DNA of 64,000 nucleotides from contig JAVEXP010000002.1 in assembly GCA_034003985.1 (NCBI GenBank), positions 208,789 to 272,788 on the forward strand, written 5' to 3'. The translations under genes and the position numbers were made by a program. Below are positions 18,211 through 27,458 of the stretch, piece after piece (the stretch's first letter is position 1; each line of letters opens with the position of its first letter). The notes beneath the pieces were generated by a model. That model had not been told where the DNA came from, made no database searches, and saw only the letters and a list, made by a program, of their open reading frames with translations. Source of the DNA: Patescibacteria group bacterium. GTDB taxonomy: Bacteria; Patescibacteriota; Patescibacteriia; Buchananbacterales; UBA6539.

Positions 18211-20787
18211 ATGTTCGCTTTTTTGGCAACCCAGTTTGGGGTTCCCGAAAATAATTATCCGTTAGTGGAGTTTGACCCGACTTTTACCATTGACCGGGCC
18301 TACTTGTTGGTTACCGTTGATATTGTGGCTTTGTTGTTTTTGACAGTTACCTTGGTTTTTTTGCTCAGGCTGTTGCTTCGTTCCAGCAGTTTTTTGCCCG
18401 CCGCTTTTCAAAAAGTGGTTTTTTTGGTGACGGTTCCCAGAGAGTCATCCGATTCGGCTGAAACTGAAGAGAATATTGAAAAAATCAGAAGCCAGATTGC
18501 TTTGGCCGAAAGCTGGTTTTCGACAATTGGCGGGCTGCGGATCCAACATGGGCTCAAGGCTTGGCTTTGGGGCCGGACCGACAGTTTTTCTTTTGAAATT
18601 GTCGCCGATCAGGGTGAAATATCTTTTTATGTCACCACGCCGCGCTATTTGCAAGATTATATGGAGCAGCAAATTTTAGCCCAGTATCCCGAGGCTAATT
18701 TAGAAGAAGTTGAAGATTATAATATTTTTAATCCTTCTGGTCAGGCCGTCAGCGGGTATTTGAAATTTGCCCGCAGTTATATTTTTCCGATCAAAACTTA
18801 TCAGGATCTTAGCTCTGATCCGCTTAATGCCATTACCAATTCATTGAGCAAGATTAACAAGGATGACGGTATCGCCATTCAAGTCGTGGCCCGATCAGCC
18901 CCGCGCAAATGGCACAAGCTTGGTTCTCGGGTGGCCACGGAAATGCAGAAGGGCAAAAGCGTTCAAGAAGCCATGAATTCCACCAAATTTTTTACTTTTA
19001 ACGATTTTTTGGATATTTTCAAGTCTCCCGGTGCCAAAGCCCAGGAAGACAAAGATCCGCCTCGAACGCTTTCACCCATGGAGCAGGAAGTTGTCAAAGG
19101 GCTAGAAGAAAAGACTTCCAAGGCAGGACTGGAATGTAATATTAGAATAATTACTTCGGCTCCGACCAAAGTTTTGGCGCAGGGGTATTTGAGTAATGTT
19201 ATTGATTCATTCAATCAATTCAGTTTTTATCAATATGGCAATAGTTTTAAGATAATTAAAGAATCGCCGAATCGGTTGGTCAATGATTTTATTTATCGGA
19301 TTTACCGTTCGCGCGAAAGAGTAATTTTAAATACCGAGGAGCTGGCCAGTATTTTTCATTTTCCCACGCCGTTTTTAGATACCCCCAGTATTCGTTGGTT
19401 GCTGGCCAAAAAAATCGCCCCGCCCGCCAACTTGCCGTCAGAAGGGCTGCTGTTGGGAGAAAATATTTATCGCGGGCGGAAAAATAATGTCTATATTGCC
19501 TCCAAGGATCGACAACGCCATATGTATATTATTGGTATGACCGGCACCGGTAAATCGGTTTTGATGTCCAATATGGCCATTCAGGATATTCGTAATGGCA
19601 AGGGGGTTTGTGTGGTTGATCCTCACGGCAGCCTGGTCGAAGAAATTTTGGCCAATGTTCCCAAGGAACGAATGGATGAAGTTATCTATTTCAACCCTTC
19701 CGATGTTGAACGGCCGGTTGGTTTAAATATGCTGGAAGCTAAAACACCGGAACAGCAGGATTTCGCCGTCCAGGAGATGATCGCCATTTTTTATAAACTG
19801 GTAACTGATCCTTCGATGGTCGGACCGATGTTTGAACACAATATGCGTAACGCCATGCTGACTCTGATGGCCGATGAAGAATACCCCGGGACAATCGCCG
19901 AAATTCCCAGAATTTTTACCGACAAAGATTTCCAAAAGTATAAATTGTCCAAGGTTACCGATCCGATGGTCAGATCTTTTTGGGAGCAGGAAATGGCCAA
20001 AACTTCCGATTTTCATAAATCGGAGATGCTTGGATATTTGATTTCCAAAGTCGGCCGGTTTATCGAAAATGCGATGGTGCGAAACATTATTGGTCAACCG
20101 AAATCCGGCTTTGATTTTCGTGACATTATGGATAATCAAAAAATTCTTTTGGTTAATCTGGCCAAGGGAACGACCGGTGAAGTCAATAGTAATTTACTCG
20201 GCCTGATTATCGTTGCCAAGTTGCAGATGGCCGCTTTATCGCGAACCAATTTGCCCGAAGATCAACGCCAGGATTTTTACCTTTATATTGATGAGTTTCA
20301 AAATTTTATTACCGATAGCGTGGCCACCATTTTGGCCGAGGCCAGAAAGTATAAGCTTAATTTGATTCTGGCCCATCAATATATCGGCCAGTTGGTCGGA
20401 GCCTCAGGTCCGGAAGGCAAGAGTTATGGCGACAAAATTAAGGATGCGATTTTTGGCAATGTTGGCACTTTAATCTCGTTTCGCATTGGAGTTGAAGATT
20501 CCGAAGTGGTGGCCAAACAGTTGGCCCCGGCGGTTAATGAGTATGATTTAATGAACATTGAAAAATTCAATGCTTATCTCCGTTTATTGGTTGAAAATCA
20601 GCCTCAGCGAACTTTCAATATCCATACTTTTCCGCCGGTTCACGGCAATCAGAAGGTGGCGCAAGATATTATTGAATTTTCAAGATTTAAATACGGCCAG
20701 GACCGTCGTTTAGTGGAAGCTGACATTTTAAAACGCAGCCAATTAGGAATGCGCCCGCCGGGTCAGGCCGTTGAAAGGTCACTTTAA
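18211..20787 (+). CDS. Membrane-anchored P-loop ATPase of the FtsK/HerA/TraD-VirD4 superfamily (T4SS coupling-protein-like / TraM-recognition-domain-like)
   Basis: N-terminal TM helix. Walker A GMTGTGKSV, Walker B YLYIDEFQNF, and a C-terminal region similar to conjugal coupling proteins. Confidence 0.65.
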   Translation: MFAFLATQFGVPENNYPLVEFDPTFTIDRAYLLVTVDIVALLFLTVTLVFLLRLLLRSSSFLPAAFQKVVFLVTVPRESSDSAETEENIEKIRSQIALAESWFSTIGGLRIQHGLKAWLWGRTDSFSFEIVADQGEISFYVTTPRYLQDYMEQQILAQYPEANLEEVEDYNIFNPSGQAVSGYLKFARSYIFPIKTYQDLSSDPLNAITNSLSKINKDDGIAIQVVARSAPRKWHKLGSRVATEMQKGKSVQEAMNSTKFFTFNDFLDIFKSPGAKAQEDKDPPRTLSPMEQEVVKGLEEKTSKAGLECNIRIITSAPTKVLAQGYLSNVIDSFNQFSFYQYGNSFKIIKESPNRLVNDFIYRIYRSRERVILNTEELASIFHFPTPFLDTPSIRWLLAKKIAPPANLPSEGLLLGENIYRGRKNNVYIASKDRQRHMYIIGMTGTGKSVLMSNMAIQDIRNGKGVCVVDPHGSLVEEILANVPKERMDEVIYFNPSDVERPVGLNMLEAKTPEQQDFAVQEMIAIFYKLVTDPSMVGPMFEHNMRNAMLTLMADEEYPGTIAEIPRIFTDKDFQKYKLSKVTDPMVRSFWEQEMAKTSDFHKSEMLGYLISKVGRFIENAMVRNIIGQPKSGFDFRDIMDNQKILLVNLAKGTTGEVNSNLLGLIIVAKLQMAALSRTNLPEDQRQDFYLYIDEFQNFITDSVATILAEARKYKLNLILAHQYIGQLVGASGPEGKSYGDKIKDAIFGNVGTLISFRIGVEDSEVVAKQLAPAVNEYDLMNIEKFNAYLRLLVENQPQRTFNIHTFPPVHGNQKVAQDIIEFSRFKYGQDRRLVEADILKRSQLGMRPPGQAVERSL

Positions 20788-21325
20788 TTTTATGTGGACG
20801 GCAATAATTTTTTGGCTTGGCTTTTTAACTTTTTTGGTATTAATCCTGGGTACTTTCGCCTGGGGAGGGATTTTGGCTGCTCCCTGGGTTCCATTATGGA
20901 AAAAGGATGTGGTCAGAATGCTGACATTGGCCGAGACAAAGCCGGGGGAATTGGTTTATGATTTGGGCGCTGGCGACGGGCGAATGCTGATTATTGCTGC
21001 CAAACAATTCCAGGCCAAAGCTGTTGGGTTTGAAATCGCCGTCTTGCCATATTTGCTTGGTTATATTAAAATAATCTTGAATGGCCTTAGGAGCAAGGTT
21101 TCGTTAAAATATCGTAATTTTTTTAAAATTGATCTTAGCCAAGCTGATGTTATTTTGACATTCTTGACTCCGCCAGCCATGGAAAAATTAAAACCAAAGC
21201 TTCAGCAGGAGATAAAACCAACTTGTCGGGTAGTGTCCTATGCTTTCAAAATTCCCGGTTGGGAACCGGTAAAAATTGATAAGCCCGACAACAGTAGCGC
21301 CGCGGTTTATCTTTATCGGCGTTAA
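20771..21325 (+). CDS. Class I SAM-dependent methyltransferase with N-terminal TM helix
   Basis: Motif I VYDLGAGDGRM. Overlaps the preceding ATPase gene by 17 nt. Confidence 0.6.
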   Translation: MKGHFNFMWTAIIFWLGFLTFLVLILGTFAWGGILAAPWVPLWKKDVVRMLTLAETKPGELVYDLGAGDGRMLIIAAKQFQAKAVGFEIAVLPYLLGYIKIILNGLRSKVSLKYRNFFKIDLSQADVILTFLTPPAMEKLKPKLQQEIKPTCRVVSYAFKIPGWEPVKIDKPDNSSAAVYLYRR

Positions 21326-21358
21326 CTATCAAAGTCAAAACCAAAATAATAAAATAAA

Positions 21359-21955
21359 ATGGGAATCAAAAAGAAAAAAAATCAAGACGAAGAATCTTTT
21401 AGTCAACAAGATATACAGCGACATCTGGAATTGCTTCGTGATATTTTGGAAAATACCCAGGCCAACATTAAAAAGACTCTCGGTCTGTTACGAGAACGCA
21501 ATATCGATGCTGATATTTTACTTAATACTTTGCAGGAAGCGCAGGAGGCTTCCGCTGGTTTTGTAGCGGATCATAATGGCAATGAACGGATAATCGAGGG
21601 GGTGTTTAATGGGGAAAAAATGATTGGTGGTGATGGATTGGAGTATAATATGCCGGCTAATTATGCTTCCAAATCAAAGCTGGTCGAAGGTGATATTTTG
21701 AAATTAACCATCGCTAAGGATGGTTCTTTTATTTATAAACAGATTGGGCCGTTGGAGCGCATTCAGCTAGTAGCAACTTTGGCGCGGGATGAAGTGACGG
21801 GTGACTGGTATGCGATTGATGGTAAAAAACGCTGGAAATTATTAACCGCTTCGGTCACTTATTTTCATGGTAATCCGGGTGATGATGTGGTCATCTTGAT
21901 TCCCAAAGACGGGGACAGTAAGTGGGCAGCGGTTGAGAATGTTATCAAAAAATAA
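21359..21955 (+). CDS. Hypothetical protein (198 aa)
   Basis: ORF with good coding periodicity and no recognised domain. Confidence 0.4.
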   Translation: MGIKKKKNQDEESFSQQDIQRHLELLRDILENTQANIKKTLGLLRERNIDADILLNTLQEAQEASAGFVADHNGNERIIEGVFNGEKMIGGDGLEYNMPANYASKSKLVEGDILKLTIAKDGSFIYKQIGPLERIQLVATLARDEVTGDWYAIDGKKRWKLLTASVTYFHGNPGDDVVILIPKDGDSKWAAVENVIKK

Positions 21956-21956
21956 T

Positions 21957-22796
21957 CTAAAAACTGATTATCACCATCCGATTTAGTTTGGCTAGATCTT
22001 TTTTTATTATAATTTCGGCCAAAGGAAAATATTTTTTCGCCATATTTTTTATGGTTTGGTTCTGGCTAGGGTCAATCTCGGCGATTAGATATTTCGGCCG
22101 GTGCTTTAGTTTGTTAATTTGATTGAACAATTGACGGTACAAACCCAGCCCAAGTTCCGGGGCATATAGGGCGATTTTAGGCTCAAAAAATAATGATTTT
22201 TTTTCTCTTGGCGTCAAATCTTGCCAGATTTTTTTATTACCATAAGGCAGGTTGGCCACAATGATTTCAAGCTTTTCATCAACCCAGGGCTTTAGGAGTG
22301 ATCCGATTTTAAAATTAATTTTAACCCGATTGATTTTGGCGTTTTTTTTGGAAACTTTCAAGGCTTGGGGTGAAATATCACTGGCCAAAATTTTAGCTTG
22401 TTTTAAATTATTCGCCAGACTGACGGCAATGCAACCCGAACCGGTTCCGATGTCGGCAATTGTTGCTGTTGAACCGGCGAGTTTAATGGTTTCTTCCACC
22501 AATAATTCAGTTTCCGGTCTGGGGATTAGAACATTTCTGTTGACATAAAAATTCAAACCAAAAAATTTTTTTTGGTTTGTTAAATAGGCGATTGGTATGG
22601 CCTTGGACCGCTGAATTATTAAGTTTTTAAATTTGTTGATTTTTTGACAGCTAATCTGTTTGTTTGGATAGGTGTAAAAGTATTCTTTTGGTTTTTTTAT
22701 AACTAATGATAACAAAATTTCAGCATCAAGTCGGGGAGTGGTGGTTTTTGCTCGCAACTTATTGTCAGCCCAGTCAAGTAACAATTTGATCGTCAT
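21957..22796 (-). CDS. prmC: Release factor glutamine methyltransferase PrmC/HemK (NLPY variant of the NPPY motif)
   Basis: DIGTGSGCIAVSLA motif I, IVANLPYG motif IV. Immediately downstream of prfA. Confidence 0.85.
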   Translation of the reverse strand: MTIKLLLDWADNKLRAKTTTPRLDAEILLSLVIKKPKEYFYTYPNKQISCQKINKFKNLIIQRSKAIPIAYLTNQKKFFGLNFYVNRNVLIPRPETELLVEETIKLAGSTATIADIGTGSGCIAVSLANNLKQAKILASDISPQALKVSKKNAKINRVKINFKIGSLLKPWVDEKLEIIVANLPYGNKKIWQDLTPREKKSLFFEPKIALYAPELGLGLYRQLFNQINKLKHRPKYLIAEIDPSQNQTIKNMAKKYFPLAEIIIKKDLAKLNRMVIISF

Positions 22797-22797
22797 T

Positions 22798-23841
22798 TTA
22801 TTTGTCGGCTTCTTTTAAATTTTTAACGATTTGATCAAGATTGCCGTTCATAATACTTTCAATCTGGCTGAAGTTTTGTTTAATGCGGTGATCGGTCACT
22901 CGGTCCTGAGGAAAGTTGTAAGTCCTGATTTTTTCCGAACGGTCGCCTGAACCGATTTGTGATTTGCGTTCATCGCCGCGTTCTTTGGCAGCTCGTTCCT
23001 GCTCGGCCGCCAAAAGTCGGGAGCGCAAAATTTGCAGAGCTTTGGCTTTATTTTTTAATTGCGATTTTTCATCCTGACAGCTGACTACGGTGTTGGTCGG
23101 AAGATGAGTGATCCGGACTGCCGAGTCGGTGGTATTGACGCTTTGGCCGCCGTGGCCGCCGGATCGGAAAACATCAATTCTCAGATCTTCGGATTTGATT
23201 TCAATATCAATTTCTTCAGCCTCCGGCAGGACAGCCACGGTCGCGGCTGAGGTGTGGACTCGGCCGCTTTTTTCAGTTTCCGGTACCCGTTGGACCCGGT
23301 GAACGCCGCTTTCGTATTTGAGGCTTTTATAAACATCTTTACCCGATATTTCAAAAATAATTTCTTTAAAACCGCCGATACCAATTTGATTGGCATCTAA
23401 AATTTTGGTTTTCCAGCCTTGATTTTCGGCAAATCGCGAATACATCCGAAATAAATCCGCAGCAAACAATGCTGCTTCGTCGCCGCCAGTGCCGGCCCGG
23501 ATTTCAATAATAATGTTTTTTTTATCCATTGGATCGGCTGGGGTTAACTCGTCGTTAATTTCTTTTTCAAGTTCGGTTTGCAGTTCGGTCAGGCTGATTA
23601 CTTCATCTTGAGCGATCAGTACCAATTCTTGATCAGTTTCATCATCCAGCGCCGCCTTGGCCGACATCAGTTGGTTTTCAATTTTTTTCAGTTCTTTGAT
23701 TTTTTTGACGGCGGCTTCAATTTTAGTCAATTCTTGGGAAGTTCGTTTTAGTTTTTCGTGATCGTTAATAATCGCCGGATCGGTCAGTTCGGCGCTTAGC
23801 TTCTCGAATTGTTCCAAAATCGTTTGGAATTTGTTATTCAT
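22798..23841 (-). CDS. prfA: Peptide chain release factor 1
   Basis: GGQ motif (RSGGHGGQSVNTTDSAVRITHLPT). RF1-type tripeptide region RVPETE (PxT). prmC follows. Confidence 0.92.
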   Translation of the reverse strand: MNNKFQTILEQFEKLSAELTDPAIINDHEKLKRTSQELTKIEAAVKKIKELKKIENQLMSAKAALDDETDQELVLIAQDEVISLTELQTELEKEINDELTPADPMDKKNIIIEIRAGTGGDEAALFAADLFRMYSRFAENQGWKTKILDANQIGIGGFKEIIFEISGKDVYKSLKYESGVHRVQRVPETEKSGRVHTSAATVAVLPEAEEIDIEIKSEDLRIDVFRSGGHGGQSVNTTDSAVRITHLPTNTVVSCQDEKSQLKNKAKALQILRSRLLAAEQERAAKERGDERKSQIGSGDRSEKIRTYNFPQDRVTDHRIKQNFSQIESIMNGNLDQIVKNLKEADK

Positions 23842-23891
23842 ATTTTTAGGTATAACAAAAACCCCTTATTTCAGGAGTTTATTGTCATTGG

Positions 23892-24185
23892 TTATTTACC
23901 CTTTTTTACTTTTTGTTCTTTCCGAGCTTCAACTTTGGCCGCCCGTTTGACTTTCTTGCCTTTACGGCCAGCGGCTACTTTTTCCTGCTTAGCCATTCTT
24001 TCCTGGAATTTTTCAACTCGGCGGGAGGTGTCAATCAGCTTTTGCTTGCCGGTATAAAAAGGATGGCACATTGAACAAATTTCAACATGGATTTCTTTTA
24101 CCGTCGAACCTACTTTAAAAATATTGCCGCAAGCGCAGGTTACTTTGGCGTCAGGATAATATTGGGGATGGATTTCTTTTTTCAT
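23892..24185 (-). CDS. rpmE: 50S ribosomal protein L31 (type A, with Lys-rich C-terminal extension)
   Basis: [10 protein letters not shown]...CxCG...[10 protein letters not shown] Zn-ribbon signature. Confidence 0.85.
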   Translation of the reverse strand: MKKEIHPQYYPDAKVTCACGNIFKVGSTVKEIHVEICSMCHPFYTGKQKLIDTSRRVEKFQERMAKQEKVAAGRKGKKVKRAAKVEARKEQKVKKGK

Positions 24186-24231
24186 ACTAAAGTAAGATAA
24201 CATAAACCCCAGGATTTGACAAGGGGGAAAC

Positions 24232-24642
24232 TTATTTTTTGGTTTTTAGGGCTTTGGAATGCTGAGTTAGGGCAAAAGCCGCCACGACGCTGGTATAGAC
24301 GACGGCAAACCCTTCGGGAATCTTGAATTGGCCGTTAGACAGGGGAGCAGCTACTATAAACACTACCATAATAACCGTCCAAATTACCACAAAACTTTCG
24401 CCGATGAATTCGGAGATAAAATGGTTTTTCCAACGGGTGTATTCTTTTTCGCTGACATAAATTCCCAGGATAGCGATATAGATTATCCCAATGGCCGTTA
24501 CCGAAGTGTCGTAATAGTTGCCCGACATAAAATCCACGGTAAATAGCACCATCGTCAGAATAGTCCAAACATTAAGAATGATTTTAAGTAGCACTCTTTG
24601 ATGCCAGCCGTTTTTTAATTTTTTCTTTTTGATTCCGTTCAT
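24232..24642 (-). CDS. Hypothetical membrane protein (4 TM)
   Basis: 136-aa hydrophobic ORF with no motif. Confidence 0.45.
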   Translation of the reverse strand: MNGIKKKKLKNGWHQRVLLKIILNVWTILTMVLFTVDFMSGNYYDTSVTAIGIIYIAILGIYVSEKEYTRWKNHFISEFIGESFVVIWTVIMVVFIVAAPLSNGQFKIPEGFAVVYTSVVAAFALTQHSKALKTKK

Positions 24643-24671
24643 GGTTTATATTTTACCACATATTTTTTAAT

Positions 24672-24700
24672 TTGACATCGTGGTCGCAATAATTTAAATT
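24672..24700 (+). promoter_or_regulatory. sigma70-like promoter of the dapB-like gene
   Basis: TTGACA (24672-24677), 17-nt spacer, TAAATT. RBS AAGGAGG 7 nt before ATG 24741. Confidence 0.5.
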
Positions 24701-24740
24701 TATTAGGAAACCGTGGCAAAAACTATAAGGAGGCGTTGCC

Positions 24741-25496
24741 ATGACGGGAGTTGATTTGTGTATTTCCGGGAGTGCTGGCCGAATGGGCCAGCTGATTGTC
24801 ACCTTGGCCAGCAACGGCGGCTGGGGTTTTGGCCGGGTCATTGGTTATGATCCGCAGCTTGAGAACTGTGGCGACTTGGAATTTCTGCTTCAGGGCAGCC
24901 AGGTCTTGATCATCTTTCATAACGAACCGTCCGCCGTGGTGCCTCAGGTCCAACTGGCGGCCAAGTTCAGTAAACCGGCGGTGGTCGGTACCACCGGTTT
25001 GACTGATGAGATGGTCAATGAATTGCGCGAACTGTCGCAGTCCGTGCCGGTGGTTGTGGCCAGCAATTTCAGCCTGGGGATTAATTTGCTGCCCCCGGTG
25101 CTTGAGCTGCTGTGTCGAATGATTCCCACCCATTGGAGCATTGAAATCGTGGATGAACACCATGGTCGCAAGCTTGACGCTCCCAGCGGTACGGCGATGA
25201 CGCTGGCCAAGTTCATTCAGGGCAACCGCGGTGGAAAAGTCGAGTGTGGCCGTTCGGGCCGAGCCTCCGGGGTTCGTCCGGAAAATCTAATCGGCGTCCA
25301 GGCCGTTCGGGCCGGTGACATTCCCGGCAATCACGAAATTATATTGGCCGGTGACGGGCAGGTGCTTCGAGTCCGCCATGAGGTGTATTCGCCCGAAGTC
25401 TTTGCCAAGGCCGCTTTGCAGGTGGCGCGTCAGGTCGTCGACTTGGTTCCGGGCATGTACAGCCCCGCCGATGTTCTTTGGGGATGCAGATTGTAA
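24741..25496 (+). CDS. dapB: 4-hydroxy-tetrahydrodipicolinate reductase (DapB), GC-rich gene
   Basis: N-terminal GSAGRMG NAD(P) motif and DapB signature E-x-HH-x-x-K-LDAPSGTA (EHHGRKLDAPSGTAMTLA). About 58% GC. Confidence 0.8.
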   Translation: MTGVDLCISGSAGRMGQLIVTLASNGGWGFGRVIGYDPQLENCGDLEFLLQGSQVLIIFHNEPSAVVPQVQLAAKFSKPAVVGTTGLTDEMVNELRELSQSVPVVVASNFSLGINLLPPVLELLCRMIPTHWSIEIVDEHHGRKLDAPSGTAMTLAKFIQGNRGGKVECGRSGRASGVRPENLIGVQAVRAGDIPGNHEIILAGDGQVLRVRHEVYSPEVFAKAALQVARQVVDLVPGMYSPADVLWGCRL

Positions 25497-25579
25497 CCGC
25501 TCAAACAGCGGTCAACCCGGATTTTCCTAAGAGGAGAGGTCTCGTGCCTCCCTCTCTTTTTTTAATTTTTTGTTTACTC

Positions 25580-25608
25580 TTGACAACTTGCTTGGTTGTT
25601 ATTAAACT
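25580..25608 (+). promoter_or_regulatory. hrcA operon promoter (TTGACA-N17-TAAACT)
   Basis: TTGACA at 25580-25585. Lies immediately upstream of CIRCE. Confidence 0.55.
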
Positions 25609-25612
25609 AGGA

Positions 25613-25639
25613 TTAGCACTCTGACATTAGGAGTGCTAA
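25613..25639 (+). promoter_or_regulatory. CIRCE operator (HrcA binding site)
   Basis: Perfect consensus TTAGCACTC-N9-GAGTGCTAA. Confidence 0.95.
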
Positions 25640-25653
25640 TAATCAAGTATCAT

Positions 25654-26355
25654 ATGGATCAGCGCCAAAAGGATTTGCTGTACAATATTACTTCTCATTA
25701 TATTAAAACCGCCAGCCCGGTTAGTTCTAAATTTATCACCGAGTCAAGCGATTTTAATCTCAGTTCGGCCACTATTCGTAACGAGATGGCCGAATTGGAA
25801 AAGGCTGGTTATATTTTTCAGCCTCATACTTCCGCCGGGAGAATCCCGACGGAGAAAGGCTATTGTTTTTATGTTGATAACTTTTTGGCGGACATTTTAC
25901 CGGCTAAACGGGATCGTGAAAAGTTGGAAAAAATCGCCGAGAATTTTAGTCCCGAATCAGTTCGCCGGGTCACCAAAGATTTGGCCAAAAGTATTTCCGA
26001 GTTAAGTGACGGTGCGGTGTTTGTGGCTTTTGCCGATAACGATTTTTATTATACCGGTATTTCCAATCTTTTTGGCCATCCGGAATTTCAGGAACAGCAA
26101 TTGGTTTACAGTTTAAGCCGGATTATTGATCATTTTGATACGGTAATCAATAAAATATTTGATTCAATTACCGGGGAAGTCACTGTTGCCATTGGCTCCC
26201 AAAATCCCTTTGGCAATATTTGCAGTTCGGTTGTTACTCAATTGAATTTTTCCGGTGCACCGGGTGTGTTTGGCGTTTTGGGACCGTTGCGGATGGATTA
26301 TCAGAATAATTTTAGTTTGGTTAAGTATACTCGGCAGTTAATTAATAAAATTTAA
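25654..26355 (+). CDS. hrcA: Heat-inducible transcription repressor HrcA
   Basis: MDQRQKDLLYNITSHYIKTASPVSSKFI... wHTH plus a C-terminal HrcA domain. The ORF-track start 25633 is a GTG inside CIRCE, so the ATG at 25654 is more likely. Confidence 0.9.
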   Translation: MDQRQKDLLYNITSHYIKTASPVSSKFITESSDFNLSSATIRNEMAELEKAGYIFQPHTSAGRIPTEKGYCFYVDNFLADILPAKRDREKLEKIAENFSPESVRRVTKDLAKSISELSDGAVFVAFADNDFYYTGISNLFGHPEFQEQQLVYSLSRIIDHFDTVINKIFDSITGEVTVAIGSQNPFGNICSSVVTQLNFSGAPGVFGVLGPLRMDYQNNFSLVKYTRQLINKI

Positions 26356-26360
26356 AAATC

Positions 26361-26864
26361 ATGATTGATAAAAATTCCGCCGATCAGGAAGAAATCAATG
26401 ACTTAACAAATTCCGATAAGGAATTGGTATTACTTAAGCAGAAAGCCCAGGAATACCTGGATGGCTGGAAGCGGGCCAAGGCGGATTATTCTAATTTTAA
26501 AAAGGAGCAAGATAAACGGATTGAAAATATTGTTCAGTTTGCCAACGCCGGACTGCTGGCCGAATTACTGCCGATTTTCGATCATTTCAAATTAGCCATT
26601 AAACATGTTACCCAGGATCAGGTCAAGCAAGATTGGGTTTTAGGGTTTATCCATATTAAAAAACAGTTTGACGAATTTTTAGGTCGATTGGGAATCAAAG
26701 AAATTGAAACAGTCGGCCAAAAATTCGACCCCCAGTTTCACGAAGCCGTTTCTCATGAGGAGTATGAAGGATTTGAACCCGATATAATTTTTGAAGAAGT
26801 TAAGGCTGGTTATACCTTGCACGATAAGGTCATTAATCCAGCCAAAGTGAAAGTCGCTAAATAA
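26361..26864 (+). CDS. grpE: Nucleotide exchange factor GrpE
   Basis: Coiled-coil N-terminus and C-terminal GrpE beta-domain motifs. Lies between hrcA and dnaK. Confidence 0.9.
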   Translation: MIDKNSADQEEINDLTNSDKELVLLKQKAQEYLDGWKRAKADYSNFKKEQDKRIENIVQFANAGLLAELLPIFDHFKLAIKHVTQDQVKQDWVLGFIHIKKQFDEFLGRLGIKEIETVGQKFDPQFHEAVSHEEYEGFEPDIIFEEVKAGYTLHDKVINPAKVKVAK

Positions 26865-26957
26865 TAATCAGGCCATCTCGACCAAGTCGTGGTTTTATGC
26901 CATGACGAGTGGAGAAATCCCTCAAGTACGCTCGGGATGGTAAAGGAGAATAAAACT

Positions 26958-27371
26958 ATGCCAATAATCAAATGGACTCCCTTCATCGAACCGTTCGAAG
27001 AAATGGAAAAACTGATGCAGGATTATTCTAATCAGGGTTTCAGTCCGGCAATTGATGTGTACGAAACCAAAGACGCTGTAGTGGTGGAAGCACCTCTGGC
27101 CGGAGTTAGCCCTGATGAGGTGGAAATTTCTATTGAAAATGATGTTTTGACCATTAAAGGCGAAACTAAAAAAGAATCGGAAGTCGATGACAAAAATTAT
27201 TATCGTAAAGAAGTTCGTTCCGGCAGCTTTTTCCGGTCCGTGGCTTTGCCAGCCCATGTAGTTTCCGATCAGGCCAGTGCCGAATCAGTCGAGGGTTTAT
27301 TGAAAATTACCATACCTAAAGCGCCGGAAGCCAAGCCTAAAAGCATTAAAGTAAAAGTTAAAAGCAAGTAA
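26958..27371 (+). CDS. Small heat shock protein (Hsp20/alpha-crystallin family)
   Basis: PAIDVYETKDAVVVEAPLAGVSPDEVEISIENDVLTIKGE...GSFFRSVALP. Strong RBS AAAGGAG before the ATG at 26958. Confidence 0.9.
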   Translation: MPIIKWTPFIEPFEEMEKLMQDYSNQGFSPAIDVYETKDAVVVEAPLAGVSPDEVEISIENDVLTIKGETKKESEVDDKNYYRKEVRSGSFFRSVALPAHVVSDQASAESVEGLLKITIPKAPEAKPKSIKVKVKSK

Positions 27372-27458
27372 TTTATTGATTTTGTTCTCCCGGGCTAAAA
27401 ATTTTTTGGCCTGGGTCCAAAGTTAATAGAAATTAATAATTAAAGCTAGCTAAATAGT

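Noticed and set aside
19723-20139. 138-aa minus-strand ORF inside the TraD/VirD4-like ATPase gene
   Set aside because: Antisense overlap with a conserved Walker A/B-containing gene.
24723-25216. Antisense ORFs (146 aa, 90 aa) inside dapB
   Set aside because: GC-driven open frames opposite a gene with a clear DapB signature.
25633-25653. ORF-track GTG start for hrcA at 25633
   Set aside because: It would place the start codon inside the CIRCE operator. The ATG at 25654 gives a canonical HrcA N-terminus.
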